Below, piece by piece: positions 49,795 through 60,207 of a stretch of DNA of 64,000 nucleotides; the stretch's first letter is position 1, and the number at the start of each line of letters is the position of its first letter. The translations under genes and the position numbers were made by a program. Source of the DNA: Acidocella sp. 20-57-95 (GTDB taxonomy: Bacteria; Pseudomonadota; Alphaproteobacteria; Acetobacterales; Acetobacteraceae); assembly GCA_002255575.1 (NCBI GenBank), contig NCAT01000003.1, positions 126,341 to 190,340 of the forward strand, given 5' to 3'. The notes beneath the pieces are model-generated. The model was not told where the DNA came from and searched no databases. It worked only from the letters and a program-made list of their open reading frames with translations.

Positions 49795-50924
49795 CTGAGG
49801 GCGGCTTTGGCGACCCCCGCCAGATAATGCGCCGCGATGGGAAGAATTTCGTCGTTATAGTCAAAATGCGGGTTGTGCAGATTGGCGGAATTACCATTGC
49901 CGATCCAAGCATAGGCGCCGGGAATTTCCATCAAGAAGCAACCAAAATCCTCCGCCCCCATGGAAGGCGCCATGTCACGGCGTACCGCCAGCCCCTGCCC
50001 GGCAGCCACCTCTGCCGCAAAATCTGCCTGCGCTTTGTCATTCACGGTGGGCGGCAGCACACCAAAAATCTCGACCGTTGCGCTAAGCCCAAAGGCAGCG
50101 GCGGTATGGGCAGCAACATCGCGGATCCGGGCCTCGATCTGCCGCATCGTTGCAAGCTGCAATGCGCGATACGTCCCCCCTAGGCTCGCTTGCTCAGGAA
50201 TTTGGTTGTTGGCGTTACCTGCTTGCAATTTGCAGGTGGAAATGACCGCGGTGTCGAGCGGGTCAGCGTTGCGGGCGACAATCGAATTCAGCGCGATGAT
50301 CAGATGGGCCACACCTTGCACCGGGTCCTGGCTCAGATGCGGCATGGCAGCGTGGGCAGCTTTGCCATGCAGGGTAATGGTGAAGTTGGAAGCCGCCGCC
50401 ATGATCGGCCCGTCATGGATCATGACTGTGCCGGCTTCGAGGCCGGGCCAGTTGTGGTAGCCAAAAATCCGCTCCATCGGGAATTTTTGTAACAGCCCAT
50501 CTTTTAGCATTGCGTCCGCGCCGCCAAAGCCCTCCTCGGCCGGCTGAAATACCAGATGCACTGTACCAGCCCAATCATGGTCTTCCACCAGCAATTTTGC
50601 CGCCCCTAACAGGGAGGCTGTGTGCCCGTCATGCCCGCAGGCATGCATTACGCCTGGGCGTTGCGAGGCATAGGGCGCGTTGGTGGCCTCCATGATCGGC
50701 AGCGCGTCCATATCTGCCCGTAACCCCACCGACCGGTTAGACCCAGCCCGAGAGATGGTGGCCACCACGCCATGACCGCCAATATGGGCGGTGAAGCCGA
50801 TGCCGAGCTTATCAAGCTGCTCACAGACAAACGCCGCAGTTGCCGATTCGTGTAACGACAACTCAGGGTGGGCGTGCAAATGGTGCCGCCAGTGCCGTAA
50901 TAAATTCACAAAATCCAGTGGCAT
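49791..50924 (-). CDS. M20D amidohydrolase (hippurate hydrolase-like)
   Basis: HPEL, RADMDALP, HACGHDGH, FQPAEEG, AEDF, LHNP. Confidence 0.92.
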   Translation of the reverse strand: MPLDFVNLLRHWRHHLHAHPELSLHESATAAFVCEQLDKLGIGFTAHIGGHGVVATISRAGSNRSVGLRADMDALPIMEATNAPYASQRPGVMHACGHDGHTASLLGAAKLLVEDHDWAGTVHLVFQPAEEGFGGADAMLKDGLLQKFPMERIFGYHNWPGLEAGTVMIHDGPIMAAASNFTITLHGKAAHAAMPHLSQDPVQGVAHLIIALNSIVARNADPLDTAVISTCKLQAGNANNQIPEQASLGGTYRALQLATMRQIEARIRDVAAHTAAAFGLSATVEIFGVLPPTVNDKAQADFAAEVAAGQGLAVRRDMAPSMGAEDFGCFLMEIPGAYAWIGNGNSANLHNPHFDYNDEILPIAAHYLAGVAKAALR

Positions 50925-51124
50925 CGCCAAAACCCCGCCCAAGTTGCTGATTTGAAGATGGCGTGGGTGGCAAAAATTGTCGAGGCAATTTGAGAAAACA
51001 ATCTGTTACGTTACGCCTGCTTTATGTCGTAAGTTCGGCATGGCAGAGACATAAATCATCAATAATCAGTTCACGCCTTAAAAGCAGAATCGATGATTAA
51101 CCAAACCTGACAAGGAGCTGTCTT

Positions 51125-51379
51125 ATGCGTCTTTTCTCACGTCCCAGCATTCGTAGCGCTGTATTCGCCGCCAGCTTCATGGCAATTGGCGCCCTGACAA
51201 CCGGTGCAGCCATGGCTTATCAGGGCCATATGCATGAAGCTCTTGAAAGCCTTTACCACGCCCGTGGTGAATTAGTGGCGTCCGAAGACAATAAAGGCGG
51301 CCATCGCGATGAGGCGATCCGCTTGGTCAACGCTGCGATCGAGCAAGTTCGCGCCGGCATTGCCTACGCCGACCACTAA
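51125..51379 (+). CDS. Small secreted helical protein (KGGHR motif)
   Basis: AAGGAG RBS, signal peptide ending AMA, mature part about 53 aa. Confidence 0.75.
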   Translation: MRLFSRPSIRSAVFAASFMAIGALTTGAAMAYQGHMHEALESLYHARGELVASEDNKGGHRDEAIRLVNAAIEQVRAGIAYADH

Positions 51380-52092
51380 GCCGCAGATTGCGCAGCCGCG
51401 ATATAGTTAATGCTTGTATCGCGGCTGATGCCAAATTGCCCGCGCAGCGCATCAAAGCTCAACCCAGCCACATCATTCAACCGGAGCCCTTGCTGGCGGC
51501 ACAGCCTGCCTAATTCGGCTGGGGTGATGAATTGTTTCCACTCATGGGTGCCCACCGGTAGCATTCGCAGCACATATTCCGCGCCGAACTTGGCCACCAG
51601 GTAGGACTTGGCTGTTCGGTTGAGCGTGGAGATGAACAGCAACCCGCCCGGTTCAAGCAAACCGGCCAACGTTGCTAAAAATGCCGCCGGGTCGGCCACA
51701 TGCTCGATCACTTCTAAAGCTGTGATGACCGGGAATTTTAGCCCCTCGGCTAACAGCGCCTCGGCCGTACCAGTCCGGTAGGAAAGTGTTAGCCCCTGCC
51801 CCACCGCATGGGCACGGGCAGCTTCAATCGCCTGTCCCGCCGCATCCAGCCCCAGCACGTCGCAGCCGGCCTTGGCCAAAGCTTCGGAGAGCAAACCCGC
51901 CCCGCAGCCAACATCCAGCACCCGCACGCCTGGCTGAAACTGCCGCAATACCCGCGCCAGCAGCCAGTTGGCCCGCACCGGGTTCATCATGTGCAATGGT
52001 CGCATCGGACCCTTTGGTTCCCACCAATGGGCGGCCAGCGCGTCGAACCGGGCGATTTCGTCTGCTTTTGCGGAAGTTTCGGTGGCCATCAT
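51376..52092 (-). CDS. ubiG: Ubiquinone biosynthesis O-methyltransferase
   Basis: EIARF..WW, PLHMMNP.R, LDVGCGAG, EVIEHV, STLNRT. Confidence 0.95.
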   Translation of the reverse strand: MMATETSAKADEIARFDALAAHWWEPKGPMRPLHMMNPVRANWLLARVLRQFQPGVRVLDVGCGAGLLSEALAKAGCDVLGLDAAGQAIEAARAHAVGQGLTLSYRTGTAEALLAEGLKFPVITALEVIEHVADPAAFLATLAGLLEPGGLLFISTLNRTAKSYLVAKFGAEYVLRMLPVGTHEWKQFITPAELGRLCRQQGLRLNDVAGLSFDALRGQFGISRDTSINYIAAAQSAA

Positions 52093-52175
52093 TGCGGAAC
52101 CCTTTCTCGACCGTTATGTGACGCTCCGGCCCGGAATGCACAAGGTTCGGGCAGTCTTGGAGCATACAACAGCTT

Positions 52176-53390
52176 ATGGCGCGCATAGTAATGAAATTCG
52201 GCGGCACGTCCGTCGCCGACCTGGACCGGATCCGCAATGTGGCTGCCCGCGTGCAGCGTGAAGTTGCAGCAGGTAACGAGGTGGCCGTGGTGGTCTCTGC
52301 CATGGCGGGCACCACCAACCAGCTGGTCGGCTGGTGCCAGAGCTTGTCCCCGATGTTTGACGCCCGCGAATATGATGCGGTGGTTGCAACCGGCGAGCAG
52401 GTTACGGCTGGTCTTTTAGCAATCGCCTTGCAAAATCTCGGGCTCGAAGCACGCTCCTGGATGGGTTGGCAGATTGCCGTGGATACTGACGGCCAGCACG
52501 GTAAAGCCCGGATCAATGATATTGAAGGCGATGAGTTAATCACCCGCATGCAAGCCGGCCAAATTCCGGTGGTGGCCGGCTTCCAGGGCATCGGCCCGGA
52601 TAACCGCATCACCACGCTTGGCCGGGGCGGTTCAGATACCTCTGCCGTAGCCCTTGCGGCGGCGCTGAAAGCCGACAGATGTGATATCTATACCGACGTG
52701 GACGGAGTTTATACAACCGACCCCAGGATCGTCGCGAAGGCCAAGAAGCTTGATAAGATCACCTATGAGGAGATGCTCGAACTCGCCTCAGTAGGGGCCA
52801 AAGTGCTACAGACCCGCTCGGTTGAGCTGGCCATGAAAGAACGCGTTCGGGTGCAGGTGCTCTCCAGCTTTGTGGATATGCCCGGAACCCTGGTTGTTGA
52901 TGAGGATGAGATTGTGGAACAGGAAATTGTCGCCGGTATCGCTTATTCGCGGGATGAAGCCAAAGTCACTGTTCGCCGGGTGCCGGACAAACCGGGCATC
53001 GCCGCCGCCATTTTCGTGCCTTTGGCTGAAGCTGGCATAAATGTTGATATGATTGTGCAGAATGTCTCGGCTGATGGCACCACCGACATGACCTTCACGC
53101 TCGGCAAAACCGATCTCGCACAGGCATTGGCAAAGCTTGAGACCATTAAGCTGCAGATTGGCTATGCCGAAATCACCACCGATAAGGACGTGGCAAAGCT
53201 TTCCGTAGTGGGCGTTGGTATGCGCAGCCACGCCGGCGTGGCCGGCACCATGTTCAAAACGCTTGCCGACCGGGGAATTAACATTCAAGTTATTTCAACG
53301 AGCGAAATTAAGGTGAGCGTTCTGATCGCTGCCGAATATACTGAACTTGCTGTGCGCGCCTTGCACACAGCCTATGGGTTGGATGCATAA
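52176..53390 (+). CDS. lysC: Aspartate kinase
   Basis: KFGGTS, VVSAM, TLGRGGSD, TDVDG, ACT domains. Confidence 0.96.
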   Translation: MARIVMKFGGTSVADLDRIRNVAARVQREVAAGNEVAVVVSAMAGTTNQLVGWCQSLSPMFDAREYDAVVATGEQVTAGLLAIALQNLGLEARSWMGWQIAVDTDGQHGKARINDIEGDELITRMQAGQIPVVAGFQGIGPDNRITTLGRGGSDTSAVALAAALKADRCDIYTDVDGVYTTDPRIVAKAKKLDKITYEEMLELASVGAKVLQTRSVELAMKERVRVQVLSSFVDMPGTLVVDEDEIVEQEIVAGIAYSRDEAKVTVRRVPDKPGIAAAIFVPLAEAGINVDMIVQNVSADGTTDMTFTLGKTDLAQALAKLETIKLQIGYAEITTDKDVAKLSVVGVGMRSHAGVAGTMFKTLADRGINIQVISTSEIKVSVLIAAEYTELAVRALHTAYGLDA

Positions 53391-53391
53391 A

Positions 53392-54438
53392 ATGACAAAC
53401 TCACCCGCCGCGCAATTTGAAGCCCTGCAAGCCCGTGGCGCTGCCTTTCTAGGTACCGAGCTTGCCATTATGGGCGGTGCGATGAGCTGGGTCTCTGAAC
53501 GCAACCTGGTCGCCGCCATTTCCAATGCTGGTGGCTTTGGCGTGATCGCCTGTGGCTCGATGCCACCTGCAATGCTGGAAGCCGAAATCGCGGCCACCCA
53601 GGCGCTGACCAACAAGCCATTTGGGGTTAACTTGATCACCATGCATCCGCAGCTTGATGATCTGGTGCAGGTCTGCTTGCGTGCCAAAGTGAGCCATGTG
53701 GTGCTGGCCGGTGGTATCCCGCCGGGCCCGGCGGTGCGGGCGGTGAAAGATGGTGGCGCCAAGCTGGTGGCCTTCGCCCCCGCTTTGGTGCTGGCCAAGC
53801 GCTTTGTGAAATCGGGCGTGGATGCGCTGGTGATTGAAGGCTCTGAAGCTGGCGGGCATATTGGCCCGGTTTCGCTGACCGTGCTGGCGCAGGAAATTCT
53901 GCCTTATATGCGCGATGTTCCGGTATTCGTGGCGGGCGGGCTTGGCCGGGGCGAGGCGATTTTGAGTTACCTTGAAATGGGGGCCGCTGGTGCGCAGCTC
54001 GGCACGCGCTTTGCCGCCTCCACTGAGAGCATTGCGCACGCTAATTTCAAAAACGCCTTCGTGCGCGCCAATGCCCGCGATGCGCTGCCATCGCTTCAGT
54101 TGGATGAGCGCTTCCCGGTGATCCCGGTCCGCGGCTTGGTGAATGAAGGCACCAAACGCTTTATGGTGCACCAAGCTGAGACGCTAAAGAAATTCCAAAA
54201 CGGCGAATTGGATAAAACCCAGGCACAGCTTGCCATTGAACATTTCTGGGCTGGCGCACTTCGGCGCGCGGTGGTGGAAGGCGATGTTGAAAATGGCTCC
54301 GTGATGGCTGGCCAGTCGGTTGGCATGGTGAGCGCCATCCAGCCGGTCGCTGAGATATTGGCTGAATTGAAAGCACAGGCGGTTGCGGCATTGGCGGCGC
54401 GGGAACAAACTCGTAGCCATGCTGAAAAAGCCGCCTAA
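53392..54438 (+). CDS. Nitronate monooxygenase/FabK-like flavin oxidoreductase
   Basis: GGAMSW, EGSEAGGHIG, AGG, GTRF, MAGQSVG. Confidence 0.88.
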   Translation: MTNSPAAQFEALQARGAAFLGTELAIMGGAMSWVSERNLVAAISNAGGFGVIACGSMPPAMLEAEIAATQALTNKPFGVNLITMHPQLDDLVQVCLRAKVSHVVLAGGIPPGPAVRAVKDGGAKLVAFAPALVLAKRFVKSGVDALVIEGSEAGGHIGPVSLTVLAQEILPYMRDVPVFVAGGLGRGEAILSYLEMGAAGAQLGTRFAASTESIAHANFKNAFVRANARDALPSLQLDERFPVIPVRGLVNEGTKRFMVHQAETLKKFQNGELDKTQAQLAIEHFWAGALRRAVVEGDVENGSVMAGQSVGMVSAIQPVAEILAELKAQAVAALAAREQTRSHAEKAA

Positions 54439-56704
54439 CTACGAGCCGAAACCAGAGGCCAAACCAAAGCCGAAGCGGCGGCGGCGGATCAGGGATGCAC
54501 GTAAATTATTTGCGCGGCTGCGGGAGGCTTTGGCTTCGGGTGCCGCTAGCCTGCCCGACATTGCAACCTTGGTGGCGCAGGAATTACCGGCCGACGCGGT
54601 GGCGATTTACGTGGCCCGCGCTGGTGAGTTTTTGGAGCTGGCGGCGACTTACGGGTTAAATGTTGGCGCTGTTGGGCGCACGCGCTTGCGGATTGGCGAA
54701 GGCATTATCGGTATGGTGGCAACCTCCGGCGATGCGCTGAACCTGCCGGATGCGCAAAACCATCCGCGCTTTGTTTATAAATCTGAAATTGGTGAAGAGC
54801 CTTTCGCCTCAATGCTGGCAGTGCCAGTGAAACGCGCCGGGCGGATCCTTGGTGTGATTGCGTTGCAAAACCGCCAGCCGCGCTTATTCGCGCCCATTGA
54901 GGTCGAATCCGTCGGCACAATTGCCATGCTGCTGGCGGAAATTCTCTCAACCGCCGGGGCCACCGACCTGCCGGAAGAAGGGCTGGGCGATGCCTTGCCG
55001 CGCCGTTATGCGGGGCATGTCCTCAGCCCTGGCATTGCCCGTGGCCCGGTGCTGCCCTACGGCGCGGCCCCCCCGATCAAACATCTGCTGACCGACGACC
55101 CAGATACCGAATTGGAACGGTTGGAACGCGCCGTTGATAAGGCAAATAAGAACTTGGACGGTTTGATTTCCGCCTCACTGCCCGGCGGCAACGCCCCGCG
55201 TGACGTATTGGACGCATACCGCATGGTGGCGCAATCGGCTGGTTGGCTCACGCGCGTCAAGGAAGCGATTAATGACGGCCTGACGGCTGAAACCGCCGTG
55301 GATAAGGTGGCACGGGACCTGCGCGAGCGGATGCGCAAAATCGCTGACCCGTATTTGCGTGAGCGTCTGGCCGATATCGAGGATATGATCGGCCGTTTGA
55401 TGGTGGCGCTGGGCGGGGCTGCGGCCAAGCCCGAGCGGGCCGATGGCATGTTGCTGCTGGTGCGCCGTTTGGGCCCAGCGGATTTGCTGGATTGGCATAC
55501 GCGCGGCATCACCGGCATTGCGATTGAGGAAGCCTCCCCCTCCGGCCACGCTGCCATTCTGGCACGTGCGTTGGGGCTGCCAGCCTTGCAGGTGGACCGT
55601 GGTGCGGTGGAAGCCGCCCATGCGGGTGACGAGGCGCTGCTGGATGCCGAGGGTGCAACCTTTATTCTGCGGCCGGAGCCAGAGGTCATTCAGGTCTATG
55701 ATCGCGCCTTGGCGGCCCGCAGCGTGCGAGCAGCAGAGCTTGCTAAATACCGCGACATGCCCGCCATGACCAAAGACGGTACCGCGATCAGCCTGATGCT
55801 GAATGTGGGTCTGGCGCTGGAACTTGACCAGTTGGAGCGCACCGGCGCCGATGGAATCGGCCTGTACCGCACTGAAATTGCAGCATTAGCAGCGGGCGGA
55901 TTGCCCGATGTCGCCGCCCAAGCCGCCGAATATGGCCGCGTGCTGGACCGCGCCAAAGGGCGGCGTGTGCAGTTCCGCACGTTGGATTTGGGCGCCGACA
56001 AATTGCTGCCTGGCGAGAGCAATGCCGGCGAAGAAAATCCCGCAATGGGCTGGCGCTCGCTGCGGGTAGGGCTGGACCGGCCCGCAATCCTGCGGCGGCA
56101 ATTGCGGGCCTTACTGCTGGGCGCGCAGGGCCGGGCTTTATCCATCATGTTCCCAATGGTCGCGACCGTGGAAGAATTTCGTTTGGCACGGGATTTGTTG
56201 GAAGCTGAGGTGGCACGGGTACGACCAGCGCCGGAAAGCCTGGAATGCGGTACCATGCTGGAAGTGCCATCCCTCCTGTTTCAATTACCTGGGTTGCTGG
56301 CCGAAGCCGATTTCGTCTCGGTCGGCACCAATGATTTGATGCAGTTTCTGTTTGCAGCCGACCGAGGCACGCCGGAACTGGCCGACCGGTATGACACGCT
56401 TTCCGCCCCGGTACTGGAATTACTCGAACGGCTGGTGCTGGCCTGTGGGGAAGCGGGCGTACCACTTTCTGTATGTGGCGAAGCCGCCGGGCGGCCTCTG
56501 GATGCGCTGGCCTTTGCCGCCATCGGAGTGACCACACTTTCAATGTCCGGCAACGCCATTTTACCGGTGAAAGCCATGCTGGCAGAGGCTGATTTGAATA
56601 GTTTCAGACCCATATTACGTGAACTACGCCGCGCCGGTGCCGCCGGTAGCAGCATTCGCGAGCCCCTCACGGGCTGGGCACGAGAACATAATTTGCCGGT
56701 TTAA
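54419..56704 (+). CDS. ptsP: Enzyme I(Ntr) with GAF domain
   Basis: GAF N-terminus, SGHAAIL phospho-His, GIGLYRTE, NPAMGWR, VGTNDL, VCGE. Confidence 0.95.
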   Translation: MLKKPPNYEPKPEAKPKPKRRRRIRDARKLFARLREALASGAASLPDIATLVAQELPADAVAIYVARAGEFLELAATYGLNVGAVGRTRLRIGEGIIGMVATSGDALNLPDAQNHPRFVYKSEIGEEPFASMLAVPVKRAGRILGVIALQNRQPRLFAPIEVESVGTIAMLLAEILSTAGATDLPEEGLGDALPRRYAGHVLSPGIARGPVLPYGAAPPIKHLLTDDPDTELERLERAVDKANKNLDGLISASLPGGNAPRDVLDAYRMVAQSAGWLTRVKEAINDGLTAETAVDKVARDLRERMRKIADPYLRERLADIEDMIGRLMVALGGAAAKPERADGMLLLVRRLGPADLLDWHTRGITGIAIEEASPSGHAAILARALGLPALQVDRGAVEAAHAGDEALLDAEGATFILRPEPEVIQVYDRALAARSVRAAELAKYRDMPAMTKDGTAISLMLNVGLALELDQLERTGADGIGLYRTEIAALAAGGLPDVAAQAAEYGRVLDRAKGRRVQFRTLDLGADKLLPGESNAGEENPAMGWRSLRVGLDRPAILRRQLRALLLGAQGRALSIMFPMVATVEEFRLARDLLEAEVARVRPAPESLECGTMLEVPSLLFQLPGLLAEADFVSVGTNDLMQFLFAADRGTPELADRYDTLSAPVLELLERLVLACGEAGVPLSVCGEAAGRPLDALAFAAIGVTTLSMSGNAILPVKAMLAEADLNSFRPILRELRRAGAAGSSIREPLTGWAREHNLPV

Positions 56705-56742
56705 GCGGGCAGTGCTTTATAGCGCCGAGCGCAGGAATTATC

Positions 56743-57705
56743 ATGGATCATCCGCTTGAGACTGGCATGTTGCAAGACGAGTCTGGCAGCCCAATCACCG
56801 GGGCCGCCCGCGTTGGCATAGAACTGCGCGGTGTACGCGAGCGGCTTGGCTGGCGGCTGACTGATCTGGCTGCGCAATTGCGTATTCGTGAACCATATCT
56901 GGCCGCCATCGAAAGCGGCAATCTGGCTTTGCTGCCGGGCGCCGCCTACCAGGCGGGTTTTGTGCGCACCTACGCGCAGGCCTTGGGGCTTGATGGTGAA
57001 GAGATTTTACGCCGGTTCCGGGCCGAAGGGTCTGGGGTCAACGCCAAAGCCGAATTGAGTTTTCCCGCCCCCGTGCCTGACCGCGGCGTACCAACGGGTG
57101 CGCTGGTGTTGTTGTGCTTGCTGCTCGCGCTAGGTGGCTATGGCGTTTGGTACGTGCATACCGCTTCACAAGCAAAGTTAGCGGCTGCCGTGCCAAGCGT
57201 GCCGGTTGACCTGGCCCCGCTCGCCGTATCGTCGAAACCGCCCGAGCCACCGGCCCCGCCAAAGCTGGATGCCAGTGCGGCGCCAAGCATGTCATCTGCC
57301 CAGCCGCCTTTAGCTGCAGGGGCCCAAACGATTTCGCCAGCGCCGCCCACAGCACCGCCCGTTCCGGCGGCCACATCACCGGTAACCTCCACCATGCCCG
57401 CCAGCAACGGCAAAACCATCCAAGCCACCGGGGATGATTGGGTTGAGGTCAAAGACTCCAAGGGCAATATTCTGTTCAGCAAATTGCTGCATGCGGGCGA
57501 TAGCTGGCCAGTGCCCGATATGCCGGGCCTGACCATGACGGCGGGCAATGCCGGAGCGACCTCGATTTTTGAAAATGGCAAGGCTGGGGCACCGCTGGGT
57601 GCTGCCAGTACGGTGCTACATGATTATCCGCTGACAGCGGCTACGCCTGGGAGCGCGACAACGGTCCCTGCCCCCTCGACAACGCCGCCTGCCAAGACCA
57701 ATTAA
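56743..57705 (+). CDS. rodZ: RodZ-like HTH/DUF4115 membrane protein
   Basis: LRIREPYLAAIE HTH, one TM helix, Pro-rich linker, GNAGA C-terminal domain; upstream of ispG. Confidence 0.85.
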   Translation: MDHPLETGMLQDESGSPITGAARVGIELRGVRERLGWRLTDLAAQLRIREPYLAAIESGNLALLPGAAYQAGFVRTYAQALGLDGEEILRRFRAEGSGVNAKAELSFPAPVPDRGVPTGALVLLCLLLALGGYGVWYVHTASQAKLAAAVPSVPVDLAPLAVSSKPPEPPAPPKLDASAAPSMSSAQPPLAAGAQTISPAPPTAPPVPAATSPVTSTMPASNGKTIQATGDDWVEVKDSKGNILFSKLLHAGDSWPVPDMPGLTMTAGNAGATSIFENGKAGAPLGAASTVLHDYPLTAATPGSATTVPAPSTTPPAKTN

Positions 57706-57728
57706 CTGCAAAGTTTTAAGGACCGGCT

Positions 57729-58853
57729 ATGAACTACCGCGAATACCAGCAGATCACCCGCCGCAAATCCCGCCAGATCAGTGTGGGCAATGTGAAAGTG
57801 GGCGGCGACGCGCCGATTAGTGTGCAGACCATGACCAACACGTTGACCACTGACGTGGAAGCCACCGTCGCGCAAATTCTGCGGGCCGAGACCGCCGGTG
57901 TGGATATCGTGCGCGTCTCCTGCCCAGATGAGGAAAGCACGGCGGCGCTGAAGCATATCGTCCCACGGGTGAACGTGCCGATCGTCGCTGATATTCACTT
58001 TCACTATAAACGCGGCATTGAAGCAGCCGAGGCCGGTGCGGCCTGTTTGCGGATTAACCCCGGCAATATCGGCAGCCCGGAGCGGGTGCGCGATGTGATC
58101 AAAGCGGCCCGGGATTATAATTGCTCGATGCGGATTGGCGTCAATGCCGGCAGCCTGGAGAAGCATTTGCTGGAAAAATACGGCGAGCCGAACCCCGAGG
58201 CTTTGGTGGAAAGCGCGCTCGAGCACGCCAAGATTTTACAGGACCATGATTTCCACGAATTCAAAATTTCGGTGAAGGCATCAGATGTGTTCATGGCGGT
58301 GGCCGCCTATCAGCAACTGGCTGATGTGTGTGACCACCCGCTGCATATTGGTATTACCGAAGCTGGCAGCAAACGCGCCGGCACCGTGAAATCCTCAATC
58401 GGCCTCGGCTCGCTGCTATGGGCTGGCATCGGCGATACGATGCGGGTTTCGCTCTCAGCCGAGCCAGAGGAAGAAGTGCTGGTGGGCTGGGATATTCTAA
58501 AATCCCTGGGCATTCGCCATCGCGGCGTGCGGATTATTTCCTGCCCGTCTTGTGCCCGCCAAGGGTTTAACGTGATCAAAACCGTGGAAACGCTGGAAGA
58601 ACGCCTTGCGCACATTAAAACCCCAATTACGCTCTCGATTATTGGCTGCGTGGTCAATGGCCCTGGCGAAGCGCTGATGACCGACCTGGGCTTAACCGGC
58701 GGCGGCAATGGCAAGCATATGATCTATGCCGCTGGCAAAACCGACCATACGATCGATGGTGGTGATATGGTCAACCATATAGTAGATTTGGTTGAGCAAA
58801 AGGCGGCGGCTTTGGAAGCTGAAAAAGCTCTGGAAAAACAGGCCGCCGAATAG
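57729..58853 (+). CDS. ispG: HMBPP synthase
   Basis: [33 protein letters not shown]. Confidence 0.97.
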   Translation: MNYREYQQITRRKSRQISVGNVKVGGDAPISVQTMTNTLTTDVEATVAQILRAETAGVDIVRVSCPDEESTAALKHIVPRVNVPIVADIHFHYKRGIEAAEAGAACLRINPGNIGSPERVRDVIKAARDYNCSMRIGVNAGSLEKHLLEKYGEPNPEALVESALEHAKILQDHDFHEFKISVKASDVFMAVAAYQQLADVCDHPLHIGITEAGSKRAGTVKSSIGLGSLLWAGIGDTMRVSLSAEPEEEVLVGWDILKSLGIRHRGVRIISCPSCARQGFNVIKTVETLEERLAHIKTPITLSIIGCVVNGPGEALMTDLGLTGGGNGKHMIYAAGKTDHTIDGGDMVNHIVDLVEQKAAALEAEKALEKQAAE

Positions 58854-58868
58854 CGGCGCTTTCCTCCT

Positions 58869-58893
58869 CGTCATTACGAGCGCAGCGAAGCAA
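58869..58893. repeat. Degenerate remnant of a GTCATTGCGAG-type palindromic repeat
   Basis: CGTCATTACGAGCGCAGCGAAGCAA between ispG and hisS. Confidence 0.4.
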
Positions 58894-58961
58894 GATGTTT
58901 TTGTAAAGCGGTACGTGATGATGGCTTAACCCGTATCTTCGTAACGCTTGAGAGTTTTATT

Positions 58962-60170
58962 ATGGCACCTCCTTTGCAACCGGTTCGCGGCACCCGCGAT
59001 TTAATTGGCGATGATGCCGCACGCCACGCGCATGTGGTGGACACCGCCCGGCGGATCACCGCGCTGTACGGGTTTGCCGAATGGCAGACGCCGATTTTTG
59101 AAGACACCAAGGTATTCTCACGGACTTTGGGTGAGACGTCGGATGTGGTCACCAAGGAGATGTACATATTTGAGGATCGTGGTGGCGATTCCGTTACGCT
59201 GCGGCCCGAGGGTACAGCGGGCGTTTGCCGGGCATTGATCACGGCGGGGCTGACGCAGACGCTGCCGCAAAAAGTTTTCTATAACGGCCCAATGTTTCGC
59301 TATGAGCGCCCGCAGAAAGGCCGCTACCGGCAGTTTCACCAGATTGGCGTAGAGCTTTTGGGACCCAGCGTGCCGTTGGCTGATGCGGAAGTCATTGCAG
59401 CAGGCTGGCAAATTTTAAATGAACTTGGTGTTGCCAAAGACGTTGTGCTGAACATCAACACGCTGGGTGATGCTGAGTCGCGCGATCATTACCGCGCCGC
59501 TTTGGTAACATATTTTACCGCCCATGCGGAAAGTTTGTCGGCTGACAGCAAGACCAGGCTGGAGAAAAACCCGTTGCGGATTTTGGATTCCAAAGATCCT
59601 GGTGACCAGGCCCTGGTGGCAAACGCGCCGTTGATCTATCAACATCTTTCCGAAAAAGCCGCGATTTTCTACGCGGATTTGAAATCCGCCCTGACTAGCT
59701 TTGGCGTGCCATTCACAGAAAACCCCCGCATCGTCCGCGGTTTGGATTATTATAATCACACGGCTTTTGAATTCGTCACCACCGCCTTGGGCGCACAAGG
59801 CACCGTGCTGGCCGGTGGGCGCTATGACGGCTTGGTGGAACAGATGGGCGGCCACCCAGTGCCAGGCGTTGGTTGGGCGGCAGGGATTGAGCGTTTGGCC
59901 ATGCTGCTGGAAAACCCGCCGGTTTCAGAACCGCCCGTAATCGTGATGGGTGAAGATAAAGCCATCGAGGTTGCGGCATATTTGCGAGCACATAACATAA
60001 AGGCTGAGATCTCGTTTCAAGCCGGTTTCAAAAATGGCCTGAAATATGCCAACCGCCGCGCCGCCAAATGGGCCGTGCTCGCCAGTGTGGATGGACTCGT
60101 TTTGAAAAATCTTGAGGATGGAACTCAAAGTGATGTGACGATTGAATCACTCCCGGGTTTCGTCGCGTGA
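58962..60170 (+). CDS. hisS: Histidine--tRNA ligase
   Basis: [36 protein letters not shown]. Confidence 0.97.
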   Translation: MAPPLQPVRGTRDLIGDDAARHAHVVDTARRITALYGFAEWQTPIFEDTKVFSRTLGETSDVVTKEMYIFEDRGGDSVTLRPEGTAGVCRALITAGLTQTLPQKVFYNGPMFRYERPQKGRYRQFHQIGVELLGPSVPLADAEVIAAGWQILNELGVAKDVVLNINTLGDAESRDHYRAALVTYFTAHAESLSADSKTRLEKNPLRILDSKDPGDQALVANAPLIYQHLSEKAAIFYADLKSALTSFGVPFTENPRIVRGLDYYNHTAFEFVTTALGAQGTVLAGGRYDGLVEQMGGHPVPGVGWAAGIERLAMLLENPPVSEPPVIVMGEDKAIEVAAYLRAHNIKAEISFQAGFKNGLKYANRRAAKWAVLASVDGLVLKNLEDGTQSDVTIESLPGFVA

Positions 60171-60207
60171 ACATTATTTATTCTCATCTTACTGAGCATC
60201 GCGTATT

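Noticed and set aside
51824-52615. 263-aa ORF spanning ubiG and lysC
   Set aside because: Overlaps two established genes; no motifs.
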